Part shown: piece after piece, positions 57,179 to 64,000 of the stretch
Layout: each line of letters starts with the position of its first letter
Position numbering within the stretch: the first letter of the stretch is position 1
DNA from: Dictyostelium discoideum
Lineage: Eukaryota
DNA length: 64,000 nucleotides
Assembly (NCBI GenBank): GCA_000004695.1
Contig: CM000152.2
Span: 3,072,001-3,136,000 of the forward strand
Direction of reading: 5' to 3'
Notes under the pieces: model-generated
Database searches by the model: none
Told to the model about the DNA's origin: nothing
Seen by the model: only the letters and a program-made list of their open reading frames with translations
Translations under genes and position numbers: made by a program

Positions 57179-59389
57179 TTATCTACCTCTAAAATCTAAA
57201 TTGAATTGAATAATTTTAGCATTTTTATCCCAAGAAGTAGTTACAATTGAAGAATCATAAGTTGTTAAAGAAGATATACGATTTGAATGATTATAAAGTG
57301 TTCTTTTACATTTTCCATTATCAACATCCCATAATTTAACGGTACCATCAAAGGAAGCAGAAACCACGAAATTATTGATAAATTTGGAAAGATTGACAAC
57401 TTCATCAGTGTGACCTTCTAAACAATGATAGGATTCACCATAGTTTGAATCCCAAACTTTTAGAGTTGAATCGGAGCTTGCAGTTAAGAATTTCTTTGGA
57501 GCAGTTGTACCATCGGTATCAACTTTACCATAGACCAAGATTGAATTTACACTACCACTATGAGATTGAAGAGTTTTAATACATTCACCATTATCCAATG
57601 ACCAAACTTTAACTCTACCATCACACGAGCCACTAATTAAAGTATCGGTAGAGTCAACTTCTAAACATTTAATCCAATCACTATGACCCGATAAAACATT
57701 TGTACTGGTACTGGTACGGATATCCCAAACTCTAATATTTGAATCATTTGAGCCAGAGATTACACGATATTGATCATTAACCACCAAACACATTACAGCT
57801 TGTTGATGACCAAACAATGTGATTGCAGGTTTATGACTACGACTATCCCAAACATTGATATTATTATCATTGGAGCCCGATACGAATATATTTGAATCTT
57901 GATTGACCAAACAAGTGATTGAACCTTTATGACCTCTAAATGATTTAATTTTTTGACCTTTTTGTAAATCCCAATATTTGATGGTTTTATCATATGAACC
58001 ACTTAACAATTTGGAGCCATCGGAACCCATAATCTCACAAGTTGTAACCCAACCACTATGATCCGATAAAGTGTTGATACATTTTGTAGTTGTTACATCC
58101 CAAACTTTTAATGTCGAATCGGCTGAACCCGTAATCAATAGATTATTTTCACGCTGAGAAATGGTTGAACATAAAACACCTTCAGAATGACCAGTGAACA
58201 ACTTCACCACATAATCACCTCTACTTTCAGAGATTTCTTTAATTGAGAAATTATTATTTTTGGTTGAATCTTTCTTTTTACTTGACTTACTCTCCTCCCA
58301 AGTTGATTTAATATTCATAATTTTATTCAATGAAACATGACCCTTTTCATCGAATAGATTTTGAAATATTTCATTGCCAACCTTGTTGTTTTTAGAATCT
58401 TTACCGCCACTACCAATCTTTGTAATCAATTGATAGGAATCCTCTTTTTCTCTCATTATATGTTTACGATGAACCAATTCATTATTATTATTATTATCTT
58501 GAAGTTTGGTTGAATTGATACCATTGTTAACTGTACTATCAAGATCTGATAATTCTCTAGCTCTTGACATATTTGAAACCACTTGTAACATTGTATCAGA
58601 ATCCAAATTAACTGAAGCACACATTCTATTTACAAATCTACGTACTAAATCGGGGGTTGAACCCAATGTAATCATTTTAAAAGTTTGATTTGATAATAAT
58701 GAAAATGCCATATCTTCTTCTTGTTTTATTAATTCCTTTTTAGTATCATCATTCTTTATTGACCATTCTACCATTTCTATTAACATTGAATTACCAATAC
58801 CATAAAGGTTTTTACATTTTGCTTCAATATGATCATAAAATAATTTTTCCCAAAACTTTTGGTTTTGCCAAAGGTCAATATTTGTTTGTAACTTTTCATG
58901 TAAATATTCATTTTGTCCTTTAAAAATTCTATGATAAATAAAAATTGATTCTAAAAATAATTGTGATGATATAAAATCTAATTGTGTATTACATTCTCTT
59001 AATGTAAATCTAATTATATCAACTAAACAATTAAATATTAAATCTGATAATTTAGTTTTACTATGATTTACACTACTACCAATACTACCACTTCTACTAC
59101 CACCACTTTTTGTATTTGAATTACTACTACCACCACCACCACCACTATGTAAACTCATTTGTGAAACATTTGAACCAACATAATTTTGTTTATGATGATT
59201 TAATAATAATTTACCAAAAATATGTCTACCATAATCAAATTGTAATACATCTAAAATTTGTTGAATATCATCAATTGGCACTTGATCACTAAAAATCTTA
59301 TCTAAAAATTTTTCAATTAAAATTACAAATGATTTATGTTGATCTTCATTAAATGAAAATTGTTGTAAACTTGATGAAATAATTGATAA

Positions 59390-59482
<93 letters not shown>

Positions 59483-62378
59483 TGATAATTCAATATTATT
59501 ATTATTATTATTATTATAAATATCATAAAGTGGTTTTAATTGATCTTGATTTAATAATGAAGTTGATGAAGAAGTTAATGAAGTTGAAGTTGAAGAAGTT
59601 GAAGAAGGTGAAGAAGTTATTGAACCAAATAAATCCAATTTTAAAGGTGATGGGAATTTTGAATATTCTTTTAATGTTGAATTATGTTGTGATGGATATG
59701 AAACTGATTGATAACTACTATAATGTGAAGATTTAATTGAGGATGGATTTGAAGATTGAATTATATTTACACTGAATGGATCAATTAAACCCAATGCTAG
59801 AGGTATTTGTGATTGATATTGTTGTTGTAATTCATCGATGGTTAATTTTTGATATCTTTTTGAATGCACAAGATAATCGAATAAATTCTTTGTTGGCCAA
59901 CTATGTTGTTCTAAAAAGTAAATGAATGCTTGAGTTTTAATAAACATTGAAATGAATGGTCTTGACGCAACAGCTTTTGATTTAATATATTCTTCATTAT
60001 TAAAAATTGGTACAGGTTGAGGGAAAACTCTTAAATATTTATAATATTTTCTATAATCATGTAATAAATTACAAAAATATTGTAAAAATGAAAATCTAAT
60101 ATGTTGATCAGGATTTGATGATATTGTTGGTAATGGTGGTATTGGTTGACTATTTGTTGTTGAATTACGTGATGAAGAATTTGAAGTTGTTGTTGAAGTT
60201 GTTGTTGTTGAAGATCTTTTATTACTAATTGAATCATTTGAGTTATTATTATTATTATTATTACTTGTTTTAATTGATGATAATGTATTTGGATTAAAAT
60301 TTGGTAAATCTGATGATAAAATTTCAAATTGTACAACTTTTTTTAATTGATTAATTAGTATTTGAGTTTCTTTTTCAGGTAATTGAATATCTTTTGTAGA
60401 GGTTGGAATATTGATTGAATTATTATCTAAATCGACTATTACCAATTCGTTTAATAGATCTTCTTTTGAAAGGATACGATCAGCATATGATCTATGAATG
60501 CCCATTATGAATGGGAACGGTGTACTACCCGCAATGTCAACTAAAACCTCTGGTAATACAGGTACATAGATATGAGTATACACTAATGGATGAATTAATG
60601 TTGTAATGATTTCGCAAATATAAGTTAAAAGAGTATACTGTGATGAAATGATTAAAATCTTTTCTTCCAATAATAAACACTTTATCAATGAAAGTACATT
60701 TCTAATATCCAAACTAAGGAATAACATTCTATAGGAGATGTCAGGTTCTGGTAATAAACATGGATCTGGTTGCTTCAATAAACATTGATTTAATCCACCC
60801 AAACTAAAGGTAACTGGATTCTTTCCTGGTCTTGGTAATTGAATTTCACTAACTAAATTGAATATATATCTTTCAATTGGAATTGGTGATGGATTATGAA
60901 ATACTCTATGATAAATTTCATTCAATGCAACTCTAAATGAACTAAAAAATGGAAAATGTGATAAAACACAAATACATTTTGGTGCATATAATTTAATTGG
61001 AAAATCATCAATTATTGTTGTTGTTATTGTTGTTGAAGAATTTGTTGAATTATTATTATTTGTTGTATTAGTTGTAGTAGTAGTTGTATTGGTTACATTA
61101 GTAGTATTTGAATTAGAATCTTGTGGCGAAGAAGAAGAAGAAGAAGAAGATGTTGTTGTTGTTACTGCTGCTGTTGGAATTGTAGTTGTTTGAGAATTTC
61201 CAATAGTTGGTGAGGAATTTGAAGAAGATGAAGAAATTGTTGGTGAAATTGCAGTTACATTTGCTTCAGAAATTGTTGAATCTCTTATTAATGACTCAAT
61301 ATCTTTTTCTTTAACATCATTATTTTGTTCATTATTATTATTACTATTATTATTATTATTATTTAAATTACTATTATTTAAATTATTATTATTATTTAAA
61401 ATTAAATTATTAAAATTTTTAGAATCTAAAGTTTCTTTATGTAATTCTTGATAAATTGAATCATTAATTTGTTCATAAAAAGTTAAACAAGAGGCATAAA
61501 AACGTTGACCAGTTTCATTTGTTAAAACAAAAGGAAAGAATGATGGTTGTGGTTGTTCAGTTTTAAAATTAATACCACGTGGAAAACAATACATCCAAAT
61601 ATGTTTTGGTAGAATACCTTCTTTAATTAAATCTTTTTCTTCTTTGTGAGGGTAGTAATCTAAAAGTTCACCTTTATAAGATTTCTCCAATGGTAATGGT
61701 AGAATTGTGGTTGTAGTATTACCCGATGTACCTCTATGACTATTATGAAATTGTTGTTCATTCAATTGATCCAATGGGTCAAGATTTTTAGTTGATGATA
61801 AACCACAAACAAAGAAATAATCAATCGGTCTATCTGGTACATACTTTTTCTCTCTTTCTAATTTCTTTTTCTCTTCTTTCTCTCTTTTACGTGCCTCCCT
61901 TCTTTCAGCTTCAATCTTTTTATGAATTTCCTCTTGTTCCAATTGTCTTAATTTTTCACGTGCCATAGCTTTCTCTTTTTCAATTCTTTCCGATTCTTGT
62001 TCTTTTGCTAATTGTTCCTCTATTATTTTTCTTTCTTGTTCTTTTCTTGCTTTTTCAATTGCTATTGAATCTTTATTATTAGTTATTAAAAATGATGAAC
62101 CTGAATTATTTCCTGTAGAATTTGTTGTATTGGTTGTTTGTACATTTGGTGAACCTGCTATTGATGCTGTAGTTGTTGTTGTTGTTGTTGTTGTTGTCGT
62201 TGTAGTTGTTGCTATATTATTTTGTGTTATAGGTGATGGTGGTGCTGTTGTTACTGTTGATGATTGTGATGAAATTGATTGTGAATGTAGTGGTGGTGTT
62301 GTTGGTTCTGATTGATTACCCGCTATATTATTATGATCACTATTACTTGGTGTAATATTACAACTATTACTATTATTA

Positions 62379-62446
<68 letters not shown>

Positions 62447-63066
62447 GGTACCATTTACATTATTTTGATTTTGAGTTTGATTTTGATTTTTTGATGACGA
62501 TGATGATGATGATGATGATGATGATGTTGTTTTATCTATTCTTGAAGTTATTTTCTTTTTTAATTTTAAAATTTGACTACCACCCTTACCAATAAAAGAC
62601 ATTTCTTTTGGATTTACAGGTTCTGGTTTATAATCTTTTGGTGGTGCTTGTACACCATTTATATTATTGCTGTTTACATTGTTGCTATTATTACTATTAC
62701 TATTACTATTACTATTACTATTACTATTACTATTACTATTACTATTACTATTACTATTACTATTACTATTAGTTCCACCTCCACCTATTATACCACTACT
62801 GCTACTATCATCAATTGATTGAGCACTATTTGTATTTGTATCAGTATCAAAATAAATATCCCTAATTTTAACCATTATTTTTACACGTAATTCTGAAAGG
62901 ATTTGAGGTGAATTTGATGATGGTTTTATATCTCTATCTACAGGTGTCCAACAATCAATTGTAAATATTTCAAATACTGATGTTGATTCCGATGTTATTG
63001 AATTTGAATTCATTGATGCTATACCATCAATACTATTACTATTCACCATTATGCTATTTCTATTAC

Positions 63067-63097
<31 letters not shown>

Positions 63098-63525
63098 TGT
63101 AATATTATTCATATTATTAGAAATTGAAGGTGACGATGATATTTGAGCACTTGTTAATGTTTGTTCATTCGTTGATGTTGATGTTGATGTTGATGATGGT
63201 GGTGGTGGTGACGTAGGTACTGATGGTGATGTTACATCTGATATTACCGTTGTTGGTGTTGGTGTTGAGGCTATTGTTGATGTTGGTGTTGGTGTAGTTG
63301 CTATTGTTGGTGTTGATGTTGGTGTATTTGTTATATTTTGATCATCACTAACACCATTTGGCTTTATATCTGTAATTATTATTGGTGATGGTGTGGTTAT
63401 TATTGAATTTGGTGATACAATTGGTATTTTTATTGAACCAACTCGTATATCATTACCAATTATATTTTGACTATAAATTTGAAATAAAACAAGATCTACT
63501 GTTTCTGTAGTTGTTCTATAAAATT

Positions 63526-63566
<41 letters not shown>

Positions 63567-63878
63567 TAGTTTAAATTTATTATTTTTTATAATAGATTAA
63601 AAATATATATAAAAAAGAAAAATTACACTGTAAATTTATCACTCCAGGAAGGATTTTGAGTTTTTTTATGCACTTTTGTTCTAAACTTTTTCCCATCTAC
63701 AGAGAATTTTATAAATGTATCTTTATCTGTTATATTCTTTGCTTGAAGCCCTATTGGAAATTATAAGTAATATGATCATTTTTTATTAAAAAAAAAAAAA
63801 GAACTTACCCTCAATCATTAATGTTGTTAACCTCGAAAAATTTGGTCTTGGAGATATTGGTGGTGTTGTTGTGGACAT
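57179..63878 (-). CDS. C2-DENN-WD40 multidomain protein, about 2176 aa. Exons: 63878..63809, 63750..63627, 63515..57179.
   Basis: The N-terminal C2 domain is spread over three exons: MSTTTPPISPRPNFSRLTTLMIE, then GTAAGT..AG, then GLQAKNITDKDTFIKFSVDGKKFRTKVHKKTQNPSWSDKFT, then GTAATT..AG, then VTTTETVDLVLFQIYSQNIIGNDIRVGSIKIPIV. A central uDENN/DENN/dDENN region follows (KLYAPKCICVLSHFPFFSSFRVALNEIYH...LPRPGKNPVTFSLGG...FIMGIHRSY). The C-terminus has at least 7 WD40 repeats (LSGHSDWIKCLEV..., LKVWD, VRVWD and so on). Long poly-Asn, poly-Thr and poly-Ser runs are present. The ORF-track Met at 63112 is internal. Confidence 0.8.
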
Positions 63879-64000
63879 TTTATATTCTGTCAATTACTTT
63901 TTTTTTTTTTTTTTTTTTTTTTAATGATAAGTTTTTTTTATTTTTTTTTAGGGCGAAATTATTATTATTATTACTATTATAATTTTATTATATATTATTA

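Overview
This 64 kb window is eukaryotic nuclear DNA and almost certainly Dictyostelium discoideum. The sequence is about 78-80% A+T, with poly-Asn and poly-Gln tracts encoded by (AAT)n and (CAA)n. Introns are short and AT-rich, mostly with GTAAGT/GTATGT donors and an AG acceptor. A class II histone deacetylase reconstructs to exactly 1704 aa, the size I recall for D. discoideum hdaC.

I found no prokaryotic features. There are no operons, CRISPR arrays or defence islands, and the (GAAAAT)n run at the start of the window is coding (Glu-Asn repeats).

From hand-built exon models I call about 22 protein-coding genes, one pirin-like pseudogene and one tRNA. The genes with a recognisable product are:
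- a PH-domain phosphatidylinositol phosphate kinase, 5' partial
- an F-box-like hypothetical protein
- two secreted hypothetical proteins
- a cathepsin Z/X cysteine protease
- an FAD monooxygenase
- an amidohydrolase-2-like protein
- a PAS-domain protein with a giant poly-Asn tract
- hdaC
- SepSecS (O-phosphoseryl-tRNA(Sec) selenium transferase)
- glutamate decarboxylase
- a type-I DnaJ (Hsp40) with a CaaX box
- a TOG/HEAT-like gene split by a frameshift, with a Ser/Thr-rich C-terminal part
- RPAP1
- a UIM-containing protein
- an N-myristoylated protein
- a small heat-shock protein (Hsp20) with a long repeat tail
- a 60 aa two-exon ORF
- GRP94 (endoplasmin) ending in HDEL
- a Vps55/LEPROT-family membrane protein
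- a 2176 aa C2-DENN-WD40 protein

The window also holds one tRNA-Arg(UCU) with a downstream external B box and odd non-genic flanks.

The ORF track starts many ORFs at TTG or GTG translated as M. Real N-termini were reassigned by extending through splice sites.

The most noteworthy observations are:
- The cathepsin Z gene has 7 exons, including a 10-nt and a 23-nt micro-exon. The 10-nt exon carries the family-specific HIP-type mini-loop.
- A pirin-like gene is disabled by four frameshifts but keeps an intact 69-nt intron.
- A single-base frame break splits a TOG-like gene.
- A ~160-bp direct duplication, each copy ending in a T-run, lies between grp94 and the vps55-like gene.
- The PAS gene carries ~75 uninterrupted AAT codons.
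- A 125 aa protein is split into 5 exons.
- The tRNA-Arg has an atypical T-loop.

Nothing here can be called a previously undescribed system with any confidence.
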